Source: Cyanophora paradoxa CCMP329
Lineage: Eukaryota > Plantae > Glaucophyta
Reading direction: 5' to 3'
NCBI GenBank assembly: GCA_004431415.1
Contig: QPMI01000610.1
Location: 306,074 to 370,073, forward strand
Length of the DNA: 64,000 nucleotides
Within the stretch, counting starts at the first letter, position 1; every line of letters begins with the position of its first letter. Below the pieces are notes generated by a model that made no database searches, was not told where the DNA came from, and saw only the letters and a list, made by a program, of their open reading frames with translations. This document shows, piece by piece, positions 51,372-64,000 of the stretch. Made by a program: the position numbers and the translations under genes.

Positions 51372-54300
51372 CTACGCGGCGCTGGGGAGGTCCGGGTGCC
51401 CCGCGGTGACCACGTAGTAGGGGGTCCCGATCGTCAGCCCGAACGGGTTGCCCCCCGGGCCCTGCCCCCGCCCCCGCCCCGCCCCGCCAGGTCAGCCTGG
51501 CCGGTCGACGGCGCGGCTGCAGCTGGCGGCGCGCACCGGGGCGGCCCGCCGCGCCTGCACTTCGACGATGCGGGCCACCAAGAAGGGCATCCGCTCGTCG
51601 GGCCTGAGCGCCTGCGCCGGCGAGGGCCGCTCGAGCGGGGCCCGGGGGCGCGGGGGGGATGGCGGGGGGCGGGGAGCTAGCGCGCGCCTGGCGGCACTCG
51701 TCGGCGAGGAAGAAGTTGGGGGCGCCGACGTGCGCCGCCATGTACTGCGGCGACCCCGGCTGGTGCACGAACACCGCCACGTCCTCCGCCCCGAAGCTGC
51801 CCCAGAGGCGCCAGGCGCCCGTCAGCGCGCACGGCCGAGCGTCGCGGTCGAGGCAGGAGGGGCGGGGGCTCACTTGCGGAGGGCGGCGCGGGAGCGCTCG
51901 GGGCGGGGCCGGGGCGGGGAGGTGCCGGTGGCGGGGCCGGCCATGGCGGCGGCGTGGGCGACGCTGCGGGCGGCCTCGACGAGGGCCCCCGTGTCCACCT
52001 CGTCGACCCCCTCGCCCCTCAGCAGCGCGTGCTGCGCCCCCAGCGCCCGCGCCACCTCCCCGCACGCCTCCCGGTACGAGCGGCACGCCTCGTACAGGTT
52101 CGCGTACGCCGGCGTCACCTTGCGCTTCAGCGCCTCGTGCTGCGCCGCCACCGACGCCGCCAGCCGCGCCATCGCCGCCCGCTGCTCCCCGCCTCCGCCT
52201 GCAGCCGCTCCACCGTCCGCTGCAGCTCCGCGTTCGCCGCCTCCGCCGCCGCCGCCGCCGCCCTCGCCGCCTCCGCCGCCGCCGCCGCCGCCGCGCCTGC
52301 GTCCGCGTCCGCGTCCGATGCCGGAGCTGCCTGCGGTGGTTGCGGTGCCGCAGCCGGCGGTATGGCCGGCGGCGGCGGGGATGGCCGCGGGCTTCCCGGG
52401 GGCTCCGAGGGCCGGATCTCGGAGGGAGAGGGCAGGCGAGGGGCGAGGGCCCGCCGGAGGAGGAGGACGCGGAGGAGGAGGGGAGGAGGCGGGGGAGGCG
52501 GCGGGGCCGGGGCGGAGGCGGCGCCGTAGGCGTCGGGGGCGTCCGGGCGGAGGCGGCGGAGGAGGCGGGGCCGGCGGGGACGGCGGGGCGGGGCGGGACC
52601 GGCGCTGCAGCGGGGGCAGGGCCCGAGGAGGGCGCGCAGGTCGGCGGGGCCGAGCTCCGCCTCGTCGGCCCGGGCCGGCCGCCCCCGCCTCCCCGCCGCC
52701 CTCGGCGCCGGGCTCCTCGTCGAGGCAGGGGAGGGCGGAGGAGAGGGAGGGGACGGTGACGTGCGCCACGGGCGGCCGCTCGAGCAGCGCCGCCCGAGCA
52801 GCGCCGCCGGCAGCAGCCGCCCGTGCTCCTGGTGGAACCTGCGCCCCGCCTTCACGTCGGGCCGGGGCGGGGCGGGGCGGGGCGGGCGGGGCGGGGCGGG
52901 GGCACCGCTCGCGGCGGAGGAGCTCCTCCTCGCGGAGGCGGCCGAGGCCCTCGGCGACCGACCCGACGAGGCCCGCCAGCCGCCGCAGCTGCCCCGCCGC
53001 CGCGCCACCTCCGCCACCGCCGCCCGGTACGCCCCGGCAGCGCCCCCACCGCCCCTAGCTCCCCAGCGGCGCCCTGCGCGACCCTCGGCCCCGCCCCGCG
53101 CGCGGCCGCGCCGGGCGGCGGGACGGCGCGCACGCGTGCTTCTCGAGGGTCGCCGAGGCGACGGCCGTGCGGTTGCCGATCTCCCTGCGCCCGTCAGCGC
53201 CGGCGGGGGCGGGGCGGAGCCCAGGCGGGCCGGCACCGGATGCGGGACTGGAGGGCGGAGACGGCGCGCAGGCGCGCGTGCACCTCGCCGCACGAGCGCT
53301 CCCGCGCCCCGCGAACGCCGGTGGCGCCCGCGCCGCCGCCTCCGCCGCCGCCGCCTCCGCCGCGACGAAGGCGCGCTCGGCGTCGGCGTCGGCCGCGGCC
53401 TCGGCCCCGGCGTCCGCCTCGGGCGCGCCGGCGAGCAGCGCGGCGGCGGCGGCGCATGCGCGGCGGTGCTGGCGGAGGGCGGCGGCGCGGGCGGCCGCGA
53501 GGCCCTCGGCGGCGCCCCGCAGCGAGGCGAGCGCCGCCTCGAGCTCGCCGAAGCGCACGGGCCACGGCCGCTGCGCCTCCGCCTCGGCGGCGGCGCGCAC
53601 GCCGGCGGCGGCCTCGTCGAGGGCGGCGGCGCGGGGCCGGAGGGCGGCGAGGAGGGCGCCGCAGTCGCGGGCGAGGGCGCGGAGGCGGTCGCCGCCGGCG
53701 AAGTCGAGGAGCGTGCGGCGGCCGGGCGCCCGCAGCGCCGCGTGCACCTCCACGCCTCCAGGCCCCGCAGCCCCTCCTCCAGCCCGCCGCCACCCGCCCC
53801 TGCTCCTCTGCCCCAGCCCCCGCCCTCGCCACGCGCGCGGCGCGGCCGGCGGCGGGCGGGCGGGCGGGGCGCACCGGCGCGGCGTGCGAAGGCCTGCATG
53901 AACGCGGCGACGCTCTGGCCGCTCTGCCGCGTGTGGATGAGGAGGTTCGCCACCGCCGCGCCACCGCCTGCTCCTGCCCCGCATCGCCTGCAGCGCCACC
54001 TCGCACGCCGCCCCCGCCGCCTCCGCCTCCGCCCGCAGCTCGTCCGCCCGCTCCGCCCGCGCCCGCCACGCCGCCTCAGCCTCCAGCAGCGCCCGCGCCT
54101 CGGCGCTGCCCGCCCGTGCCGCCTCCTCCAGCTCCCCGAGCGTCAGCGGCGCCGCCACGCGCTCCGCTGCGGTGCCCGCCGTCAGCACGCGATCACGCCG
54201 GCGGGGCGCGCGGCGAGGCCCGACACGCGCACCGGCCTGCACGGTCGGCGCTGGCAGCGGCTCCACCGGAGCCGGGGCCTCGCTGGCAAGAGAGCGCCGG

Positions 54301-54650
54301 TCGTACACATAGACCGGATCCTGCGCGCCGCGTGCTCTCAGGCTGGGCGACGCAAGGCGGCAGCTCCTGGTCTCGCGACGAGTGCCCGAGCCTTCAGCGC
54401 GCGCGCTCGGTTACCTTCGTGTACACGGCGATGGACTTGGAGGCCTCCACTTTGACGCCGGCACCTGTCAGAAGGATCTGATCTGCCGGAGGGATCCCGC
54501 ATAATGCGCTGAGCTGCTGCCGGAGCGCCTCGACGCTGCGGACGCGGAGTAAGCCCGAGTCCGCGCGACCCTTGACTCCTCGAACCTCGGCGCAGGCACG
54601 CGGAAGGTGCGCCCACTGGATGCGCAGATAACGAAGACCCCCTGCTCCAT
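51372..54650 (-). CDS. ATG11: Autophagy-related protein 11 (ATG11/FIP200-like)
   Basis: N-terminal ubiquitin-like domain (VEALRQQLSALCGIPPADQILLT, VYVYDR), coiled coils and C-terminal Claw motif (FGAEDVAVF...NFFL...NPFGLTIGTPYYVV). Confidence 0.8.
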
Positions 54651-54868
54651 CGCGTGGCGCGAGGCGCACGCCGCCGTGCGTGCCTCGCTTTCGTTTGACT
54701 CTCAGTGATACAGGCGTGTCGGCAGGCCGGCACCCGTGACTTGCTAGCGAAGCGGCTGTCAGTCCGAGGAACGTCTTCCGCTGGACTGAAGCCGGAAGAC
54801 GAGGAAGCGAGGGGGGAAGAGAAGCGCGGGGGGTAGGAGAGAAGGAAAGTTTGATCGGCTCAGGAAGC

Positions 54869-57030
54869 ATGGCCGCCGCAACGGCGCGTATTGCGGGCTG
54901 GGGCCTGGTTCCTCCGGGCCGGCACGGGAGACCAGCCGGCGCTCTCATGCACGAGGCGCTGACGTCCGCCCTTAAGCACGCCAAGCTGGAGCTAAACCAG
55001 CTGGACGGCATCATCGCGCTTCCCTCCCTCTCGCACCCTCGGCGCGTGCACGCGCTCCTCCGCACGCGCACGTTCTAAGCGCTTCGGCGCGGCAGGTTCA
55101 TGCAGGCGAACGCACTGGCCGCTGAAGTCGGACTTTCCCCTGCGCACAACAAGGCCGTGCAGCTGAAGACCATCGGTGCGCGGGGCGCGCCGGGTCGCGG
55201 CGACGGCGGGACCCATCTCCGCGCTGATGCACGGGCGATTCTGCGTTTATCACTAGTACTGAAAACCGCTTATACGTCGCGTAGACACGGGCGGGGCGGG
55301 ACCGGTCTCGGCGCTGATAGATGCGGCGGCGTGGATCCGGGAGGGCGACAGGAAGAACGTCGCAATCGGTGAGCGTCGGCCGGATCCGCTCGCTCTCCCA
55401 CGCGCCGCGCGCGCCGGCGCCGACTCGGAGACGGGGCCTGCAGTGGGCGGCGACGCCGTCGGGTCGCTCTCGCGAGAGGAGTTCCTGAGGCGGGCGGACG
55501 AGGCGTCGGGCTCGGCGTGCCGCTCGCCGCGCATCCCGCACGAGTACGCGCGCGTGGCGCAGCACATGATCGCCCGCGGGGCCCTCTCCCGCCGCCACCT
55601 CGCCCTCGCCGCCTCCCTCATGCAGATGCAGGCGCGCACTCCCCGCCCCGCCCCGCCCCGCCCGCCCGCCCTCTGGAAGCTGAGGGCACGGCGCGCGCGC
55701 AGGCGAGCCGCCACCCTCTGGCGCTGGGCTACCGCCCGGAGGGCCCGAGGTGGGCGACGCCCGAGGAGATCGCCGCGGGAGAGGAGGCGAGCGCCGCCCG
55801 CCGCCCGCCCCCGCGCGAGCGCCCCGCCCCGCCCCCGGCTGCGCGCCGACGCCAGCCGGCCGTTGCAGGTGGCCCCGCACACGACAGCGGCCGAGTGCGC
55901 GCGGCGTTGCGACGGGGCGGCGGCTCTGATCGTCTCGAGCGTCGCCGGCCTCCGGCCCGAGACGCCCTTCGTCGGGCTGATCGGACACGGCGAAGCGTGC
56001 GCGCCCCGCCCCTCCTTCTCCACCCGCGGCCGCTGCGTGGGCTTGAGCCGCCGGCAGGTCGGGCCCGCCGGTCCCGCCGTCCCCCGTCTGCGAAGACCAG
56101 CTCTCCCACACGCGCTCCGCCGCCCGCGAGGCCTTCCAGCGGGTCCGTCGTACCCCCTCCCCTCGCCTCTCGCAGTACCCCCCCGCGATCCTCCTCGCCC
56201 CCTCCGCAGGCCAGCATCTCTCCCCGCGACATTCACTACTGGTGAGCCCCGGGACCGAGTCGGCGTCGGAGCCTCTACCCCGGCCCCGGCCCCCCGGGCG
56301 CCCCTCGGCCTCAAGCCCGTACCCCTGCGACGAGGAAGGGGCGCAGGGGCGTGTACGACTGCTTCCCGGTGTGCTTCGTGCGGGGCGTGGCGGCGCTGGG
56401 CCTGGCCCCCGAGGGCGAGGCGGGGGCCTGGCTCGAGTGGAAGTACGGCGAGGCCGCCCGCGCGTGCGCCCCCGCCTCCCCCCACCCCTCCCCCTCCAAA
56501 AGTTCCGTTCCTGTCTAGATGCAAGGGCTTCCGATCGGCTGTGCCTCGACTTCCCTCCGAGCATCTTCCGCGCGCCCTCCCTCACTCTCCCCCGCCGGCA
56601 GGCTCGCGGAGGACGCCGGGGCGAACGTCGCCGGCATCTTCCCCGTCAACACCCACGGCGGTGCGCGCGCCCCCGCCTCTCCAGCTCCCCTCTCGCCCCT
56701 CCCTCACCTCCCCTACCTTCTTCTCACGCCGCTTCCGGGGCGGGGCGGCAGGCCTGCTGGGGTTCGGGGCCCCCTGGGAGGTCCCAGCCTTCTACTCCCT
56801 CATCGAGGCGCGCCCCGGCCCCCCCGCCAGCCCCGCCCGTTCCCCGTGGGGCCGCCCCTGTACCCCTCTGACTACGTTGGAAGGCGTGCGAGCAGCTGTC
56901 GGGCGGGGCGGGGGGGCGGCAGGTGCCGGGGGCGCAGCGCGCGCTCGTCTACGGCAACGGCGGCGTCTTCTCCCACTCCGCCGTCGCTGTCCTCGAGGCC
57001 CAGACCGCCCCCTTCCCCCGCCCCTTCTAG
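54869..57030 (+). CDS. SCP2/SCP-x-type thiolase-like protein
   Basis: ARIAGWG, CDGAAALIV, GVYDCFPVCF, FPVNTHGGLLGFG, GRQVPGAQRALVYGNGGVFSHSAVAVL. Confidence 0.85.
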
Positions 57031-57601
57031 CCACCCGGCGAACCCCACCCTGTGGCGCTTCAAGTTTTTTGCTTGGCGCTCTCAAGCGTCAGCGTCTATC
57101 GATCGCGATACCTTCAGCTTCGGTCATAAGGATCATGAAAATTTCAAAATTGCAGGCTCCACTGAGTCCACTGTGACGTGCTCTCCAGCGTATCAACGGC
57201 TGGAAGTTAAACAGGCCCAGCGTTGATTACATGCTTTCACATTTGACGTCCGTTCGACTGAGTCAGGCCTTTCCGTAGTTGGGGGGGGGCCAGGGGGGGT
57301 GGGGGGGAACGGTGTAGGTCACACTGATTCAGCGAGTCATTGACCCTCGGACAGCGCGGGCCGTCGCCGAGTCGCGAATCTTGCGAGCGTCTGCGGCACC
57401 GGGCAGTTCAAGAGTTGCAAGTGGACCTCATGATCATCATGGCATGGCCAGATTCTTGAGAGCTACGGTCCCTGATCATGAACATGATCATGATAATGAG
57501 TCCTCTTGTTGGTTCCCAGGCCCCTGATCATGAGGCCTGAGGGCTCATTGAGGGCCCTGAGGGGGTACGGCCGCAGTGCCATGCCAGGCGCCACGCCTGG
57601 G

Positions 57602-57636
<35 letters not shown>

Positions 57637-57965
57637 GGGGGTTGTCTCGTGCATATGATCACGCAGCTGCAGTGACCTGGGCCTCGGGCTACTAGGCTAG
57701 TACTATATATATGGTATCCAGGAGAACAACTTTGGCAAGCTCTCGCGATCGGCGCCCGTCGGACCGTCGGACCGTCGGGCCTCGCGATCGTGCACTGAAC
57801 GTACGCGTGCACTCGCGGCACTTGTGAAGTTAGGCCTTAAAAACCACGTTAGGCGCCGCAATTGAACCCTGGCCATGAGCGTGCACGCGCGAAGTCTTTA
57901 CCGTAGTTACTTAACTCAGCTCTGCTAGGCTACTTAGTGCGCCAGCTCCCGGGTCCGGCCGCGAG

Positions 57966-60900
57966 CTAGGCGTGCTGGGGCCCGAGGTCCATGAAGTCCC
58001 CCGCGCTCGCCACCTCCGCCACCGGCCGCCCCGGCGTCGGCCTCCCCCCGTACCGCCCCTGCGGCCGCGCCGGCCGCCGCACCCCGGGCCTGGCCATGGG
58101 CGGCGCCTCGGGGGGCCGCGGCTGGAGGAGGGCGTCCGGGCTGCGGGGCTCCTTGGGCGGCGGCGAGAGGGGGCTCTTCTGGAAGGGCGACATCGGACTG
58201 CTCGCGTGCGGCGTCACGTGCTCCGCGGGCGTCTCGAACTCCTCCGCCCCTCGCCCCGCGCCGGCGTGCGCGGGGCCGGCGGGCGCGGGGTCGGCGGCGC
58301 GCGCGGGGCCGGCGGCGCGCGCGGGGCCGGCGCCTCGGGCCCGATCTCCTCCTCGGGGAGCTCCTCGGGGTGAGCTGGAGGACGGCGGCGGCGTGGCGGC
58401 GGCGGCGGCGGCGGGCGAGGGCGACGCCGCCCACGACGCCCCGACGAGGGCGATGAGGAGGAGCGTGCCGCCCACGCCCACGCACAGCGCGATCCACGTC
58501 GGCACCGTGGCGAACCAGCTGCCGCCGCCCTCCCCGCCGGCGCCCGCCCCCGCGGCGGCGAGCGCGGGCGGGGCGGACGGCGTCGGCGCCGCCTCGTCGA
58601 CGAGCCCGGCGGCGGTGGCCGCCTCGTAGAGCCGCGCCGCGTCTTCCGCCGAGACGCCTGCCGCCCGCCGCTCAGCCTCGGGCTGGTTGGAAGGAGCGCA
58701 GCGCGAGGGGCCGGACTGGAGGGGCAGTTGGCGGGAGCGTCGGCGACGACGGTGAGGAGGAAGGGGCCCGAGGCGCGGTTCCGCCCCTCCACAACGACCT
58801 GCACCGGCCCGCGCCTCGGCGGCGCATCCACACGCGCGCCGTGGCGGGGCGTGGGGCGGGGCGCGCACGGTGTACGTGGCGCCGGCGGCGAGGGAGACGG
58901 TCATGCGCGACTGCTTCGAGGTGCGGGAGCAGCCGTTGTCTGCGCGGGGCGGCTCAAGGGGGGAGGGAGGGGGCGGGGCGGGGCGCGGGGCGCACCCTCG
59001 AAGCGGACGAGGGCGCCGGGGGCGGGGGAGAGGGGGCACCCCTCGAAGAGGTACAACAGCGTGTCGAACGCCGCCCCGCTGCACAGCGACACCGTGTACG
59101 ACCTGCCGGGCCCCGCCCGCCCCCGCGTCGCGCGCGCCCTGCACCGGCCCCGGCGAGGGCCCGGCACGTGCCCCCCCGGCTCGCCGCCCGTCTTGCACGC
59201 ACCCGCTGCGCTCGATGCTGACGGAGTAGTACGACTCGCCGCTCGCGTGCGTGCTGCGCGGCGCGGCGCGGTCGGTGGGGGGCTCGGGCCGAGCGGGGCG
59301 ACCGACCTGAAGGAGACGGGGAGGAGAGAGGCGGCGCCGCGGTTGTCGCCCTGCGCGGAGGGCGCGAGGCGGCGTCGGCCGACGCGGCGTGAGACGTGCG
59401 CGCGCTTGCGCGGGGCCGGCGGACCTCGGTGGCGGAGCAGGCGGAGACGGGGACCGAGGCGGGGCAGGTCGCCGCCGTCGCCGCTGCGTCGACACATAAC
59501 TTTAGTAAGCTGAGCGCTGCCGCGGCGGCATAGCAAAGCGGGGCAGGCGGGGCGCACCGGGGGAGGTGGCGGGGGCCTGGGTGGGGGCGGGGGCGCTCCC
59601 GGGGGCGGGGGTCGGGGCGAGGGCGGCGGGGGCGCCCGAGGGGAGGGGCGTCGGCGTGGCCTCGAGGGGGAGCGCCTCTGCGCGCGCGAGGGCGGACATC
59701 CGTGCATGAGAGGCCGGCTCAAGGCGGCGGTGGCTGGGGCGCACCGAGGGCGAGAAGGGGTCGAGGTAGAGAAGCAGGTTCGGCGAGCGCTGCGCCGCTG
59801 CTCGGCGGGCAGGCGGCGGGGCGGGGCGGGGCGGGGCGGGGCGCACGGGCCCGGGTTGGTGACGACGTTGCGGGTGGCGGAGGCGCGCAGGGCGAGCTCC
59901 ACGTCGGCCGGCGCCGCCGAGGGAAGAGCTGCCGCGAGCGCGCCGGCCGCCGTCAACCAGGGAGCGCTGCGGAGGCGCCGGGGCGGGCGGGCGGGCGGCG
60001 CTCGGGATCGACCGCGAGGCGGGGCGGACCTCGAGGTAGACGGCGGCGGCGCCGGCGACGTGCGCCGCCGCGAACGACGTCCCGCTCACCGTCGCCTGAG
60101 AGATGCGACCGAACGGTCAGGGCGGGGCGGCGCGGGAGGGCAAGAAAAGGGCTTTTTGGGCAAGGGCGGGGCGCGGGGCGTGCGGGGCGGGGCGGCGGGG
60201 CGGGGACCTGGGCGAGGGGGAGGCGGAGCCGGCGGAGCGGAGCCCGCGCCCGGGCGAAGAGGTCCACGCACTGGCCGGGCGAAGGGCTCAGAGGTGGGCC
60301 GAGCGGGGCGGGGGCGGGGGCGGGGCGGGCGGACGGGCCGTAGTTGGAGGTGGCCGAGCGCGCGTCGGCCGCCGTCGTGGAGCCGACCACCACCGCCCTG
60401 CCGGCCGCCTCGCCCGGGGCGGGGCGCGGATGGGGGCGGCGGGCGCACCGCGGGGCGGAGGCGGGGGAGGCGAGGCAGGCGTCCGAGTTGCGGTCGCCGG
60501 CCGCCGCCACGACGACGACCCCGTCCCCCGCAAGGCTGCCCCGTGCGTCTGAGGGGGTGCGGCGTTTCCGCAGGGGGCGGGGGAGGGGAACGCACCTCTC
60601 CACGGCGGCGTTGAGGGACGGGGAGAGGCCGCCGAGGAGGGAGAGCGTGGCGACGGCGCGGGCGGAGCTGCGGGGTACGCGCGTCCGTCGGCAATGGGAG
60701 GGGGTACACAGAATGCACCCGGGGCACCTGTTCGCCTTGACGTGGTCGAGCCCGAGGATGACAAGGGACACCGAGCCGGTCCCGTTGCAGTCCAGTACCC
60801 GGACCGCGTGCACTGCGGTACCCCCGCTAGAACGGGATAGGAGGGGGGTGGAGAAGTGGGCCCGCGCACGGCGGGCGGCCTTAGCGACGCCGAACGTTGT

Positions 60901-62113
60901 ACCCCCCACGATGCCCGCCACGGCCGTTCCGTGCCCGTTGCAGTCTTGTGCATCGCCTGTACCCCCCGGGTCCGCATCGTGAGCGAATGCGGGTCGGGTG
61001 CGGCGGAGGAGGCGAGGAAGCGCACCCCCCAGGGCGTCGAAGGAGGGGACGGCGCGCCCGCCGAACTCGTCGTGCGATGTCCTGATGCCCGTGTCGAGCA
61101 CGTACCTGCGCCCCCGCCCCGGCCCCTCGGCGACAGATCGGGGGGCCTCTGGGCGAGCGAGGGCGGACGGCGCCGCGTGCGCACACTGAGACGCCCGATC
61201 CTGCGCGGCTCAGCTGTCAGGGATTGACCGGGGCTACGGTGGGGCGGGGCGGGGCGGGGCGGGGCGAGCCTGTGGCGGCATACGCGAAGACCTCGTCGAG
61301 GGGAGGACGGCGCTGGTCGATGCGGTCCAGGTTCCACTCCGGCACAGTCCCGTTCTGCGCGGCGGCGGCCCCCGCCGCCCCCACCGGCCCGTCCTCCTCC
61401 ACCTGCGGCGCGGCGGAGCGTCCCGACCGGAGCGCGGGGCGGGGCGGGGCGGGACGGGGCGGGGCGGGCCGGGGCCACTCGCCTCGGCGACCTCGGGCAT
61501 GCCGCGGGCGACGGCGACGGCGTCGCGGGACATGCTGCGCGGCGCAGGCTCGGGCGGGCGGCCGGAGCGGGGACTCGCCCGGGCGCGCACTTGGCGATGA
61601 GGCCCGGGAAGAGGGCGCGGAGCTCGTGCGAGACCGCGAGGACGGCTCCGGCGGCTCCCGCGGCGGCGCCCCGCCCGTCGCGTTCGCCTCCGCCGCCAGC
61701 GCCGGCAGCTGCTCCGGAAGGCCGCGAGGCGCTCCGCGTGCATCTGCGCCACCGCGGCCCGCAGCCGCCCGCCGAGCTCCACCGAGGCCGCCGCACGTCA
61801 GCCGGGCGCAGCACGGAGGCCCCCACAGCCTCCGCTGCGCCGGCGCCCGTCAGCTGGGGGCGGGGCCGGGGCCGGCGCCGACGCGGGCAGGCGTGCCTGC
61901 CGCGCGGGTGCCGAAGCGGACGATGAAGAGAGCCGGGGCACCCTCGGGCGCCGCCGCCAGCGACGCGAGGCAGGCGTTCAGGAGCAGCGCCAGAACGAGC
62001 AGCGAGCCCGAGGCGCGTCGCCTCGCAGAGATGCCGATGCGAGCGCTTCCCGCCGCAGGGGCGCCGGCGCGCCGCACGCCCCGAGTCGGTGCAGGGTCGT
62101 CCGCCGAGCCCAT
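57966..62113 (-). CDS. Subtilisin S8A (proteinase K-like) protease with PPC-like domain and C-terminal TM anchor
   Basis: WNLDRIDQR, VYVLDTGI (Asp), DCNGHGT (His), SGTSFAAAHVAG (Ser), PNLLLY. Hydrophobic N-terminal signal, FDTLLYL...GATYTVVVEG domain, TM WIALCVGVGGTLLLIALVG. Confidence 0.9.
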
Positions 62114-64000
62114 ACATGCATACCGCACGCCGCGCCCCCGCGGACGGGCGGCCTGCCGCCTGACGGGAACCAGAACGCGCGTGGAATCCTCCCAGTTGAC
62201 GGTCACGAGGTTCGCCCAGCACCAGTTCTGCGCTTTTCGAAACCAGCGAGGCTGAGGCTGTCCGCGCTGAGCTAGGCTAAGCTAGCGGCTGCTAGTCGTT
62301 TATTTCGATGCTGAGCCAGCAATGAGCAGTGGCGAGCTCCCAGTTGTTGCGTCGAGAGGCCAACGTGCGTCAAGCCGCCGCCCGATCGACGCGCGTCAGA
62401 GGCTGCCACTCCACAGCCACGAGTCTTCCAAGCACAGCCAACGGTAGGACAAGCCTCGCAGCATAGCTTGCGCGTGGCTCCGATGGCTGCGCCTGGGGTA
62501 CAGTCTGTTTGGACTTGCCGGAGGCTTGAGCACAAGTCGGCGACTCGAATGATAAAGATCACTGGTTCTCGGCAACTTGTCGGGGCCGCGGCCGCGGCTT
62601 GGCACGGATCTTTGGTAGCAGCAGCTAGCGATGACGCGTTGCGGTCGTGACGAGCGGGGAATCCTCGCCGGCTTTCTCGGTTGCTAGGCAGCAGCTGTGG
62701 AAGCCGCAGCCGCTCGTCCCGACGTCGACCATCCCGACCGGAAGCTCCGACCGACTTTGCAAGCTCGGGGTGAACTGGGTAGTCTCACATCCACTTCGTA
62801 GGGAGGCCGTCTGGTAGATCAGCAAAGCTGTTGACAGCTCCAGCGACGAAGCTCTCACGGCCGCGGTCGCGCCCCTCGGAAGCTCCGCTCACGCGTTCGA
62901 ACACATTCGCGAGCTGCAGCTGTCTAGGCTGTCCAGCTGACTCCAGCAGGCCTTGGACTTCGCACCCAGCTTCAGTGGACTTCGGGAACGATGTGCCTCA
63001 AGAACTTAAAACGCCCGTCTCGGAATCCGGCGCACGCATGCGCATCTGCCCGACATTGATCAACACATGTCCCGAAGTGCGCGGTGAAGCATTGCCTGCG
63101 GTTGCCCTAGCTCTGCAGCACTTCATGACTGATCGCGGGGCTCGTCGGGCGGCAGCGCTGATGCGGGCGCCAACGTCATGGGCCACGGACCGGGCGGACC
63201 CCATCGCCGTCCGGGCGTGTGCCCTCGCCTGTGCTTCAGCAGGCAGCGGGTGTTCGGCATCTGCAGCCGGGGGAACCGCGTCCTGCAGCACCCGAGGCCA
63301 GCCGCAAGCTTGCAGCCGCGAGACATGGCGCGCCGCCAGATGCACACGCTCGCCCACGCGCGATGCGGCTGCGGCTATACAACCGTGCATCGGTGCGTTC
63401 CTCGCCGCGCCTGTCCCGCCGCCCCCGCATCACCAGCGCCTGCTCACCGGCCGTCTCCCCGCCGCTCACGCGCCCTGCACGCGCAGCGAGTCGTGCGCCC
63501 GGGGCTACTTCGGCGCTTCTGCTCGGCTATCTTCTGCGGCAACTGTTGGCGCTCGGCTCGCTTGGATGCCCGCCTGCACTCTGTGCGCCTCATCCCACTG
63601 TCGGCCGTGCGGCCCGGGGCGCTGACCGGCGGCTCGCAGGTGACGCCGTGGAACTTGATGGACCAAGGTGGTCAGCTCGGGGAGATCGCCGTGCATGCCG
63701 GAGGAGGCTCGCCCGCCCGCCAGCAGCCGCCGCCGTCGGCGCAGGGCCGCCAGCGCAGGGGATCGCCGCGCCCGTACACGAGGATCCCGGCGGCCCGCGA
63801 AGCGAGGCTCCGCCTTTGCTGCTCCACAGCCCGGCCCCTCCGCGAGGACGGCATCGACACTGGCACGGCCTGATCCTGCTTCTCGTGCTCGGTGCCCTGC
63901 CCTATTCACCGCGCCCTTTCGGGAATGCTCACGCCTTCCGGGCGCAGTGCTAGTCGTCTCTCTGGCGCCGGGGCCAGCGAGCGCGGAGCGGGTGTGCCAA

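Noticed and set aside
57600-57640. Long G run (and C run at 29631-29663) as a functional element or poly-Pro ORF
   Set aside because: Simple homopolymers in intergenic/intronic DNA, with unreliable length.
60245-60340. One-base frame deficits in the subtilisin (YGP|CVDLFAPG region) as another 1-nt exon or pseudogenisation
   Set aside because: No internal acceptor/donor pair is present and the missing bases fall in C runs, so homopolymer assembly error is more likely.
62831-64000. Possible gene start near the right edge
   Set aside because: No recognisable motifs; exon structure could not be supported from the available sequence.

Overview
This is GC-rich, gene-dense eukaryotic nuclear DNA with very many short (~50-70 nt) spliceosomal introns (GTGCG/GC donors, CTRAC-like branch points, GCAG acceptors). 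It comes from a flagellated protist; the style is reminiscent of the glaucophyte Cyanophora, but that is an inference. I reconstructed the genes by hand across introns: a PPR protein, p24/TMED, importin beta-1, NBS1, OLA1/YchF, CFAP65, glutamate-cysteine ligase, DIM1, a tail-anchored TPR protein, two paralogous Cys-rich repeat genes sharing an acidic C-terminal tail, an F-box gene plus a decayed copy, a hybrid histidine kinase, an SLC25 carrier, ATG11, an SCP2-type thiolase-like protein and a membrane-anchored subtilisin. Two signals stand out. (1) A highly stereotyped insertion signature, X -> X-revcomp(X)-X for a trinucleotide X (+6 nt, frame-preserving, often nested), is directly visible by aligning local duplicates and saturates the repetitive/decayed DNA. 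(2) Ultra-microexons of 1 nt (OLA1) and 2 nt (p24) are needed to restore conserved protein motifs. Most long ORFs in the supplied six-frame track are artefacts of high GC content and unspliced introns.
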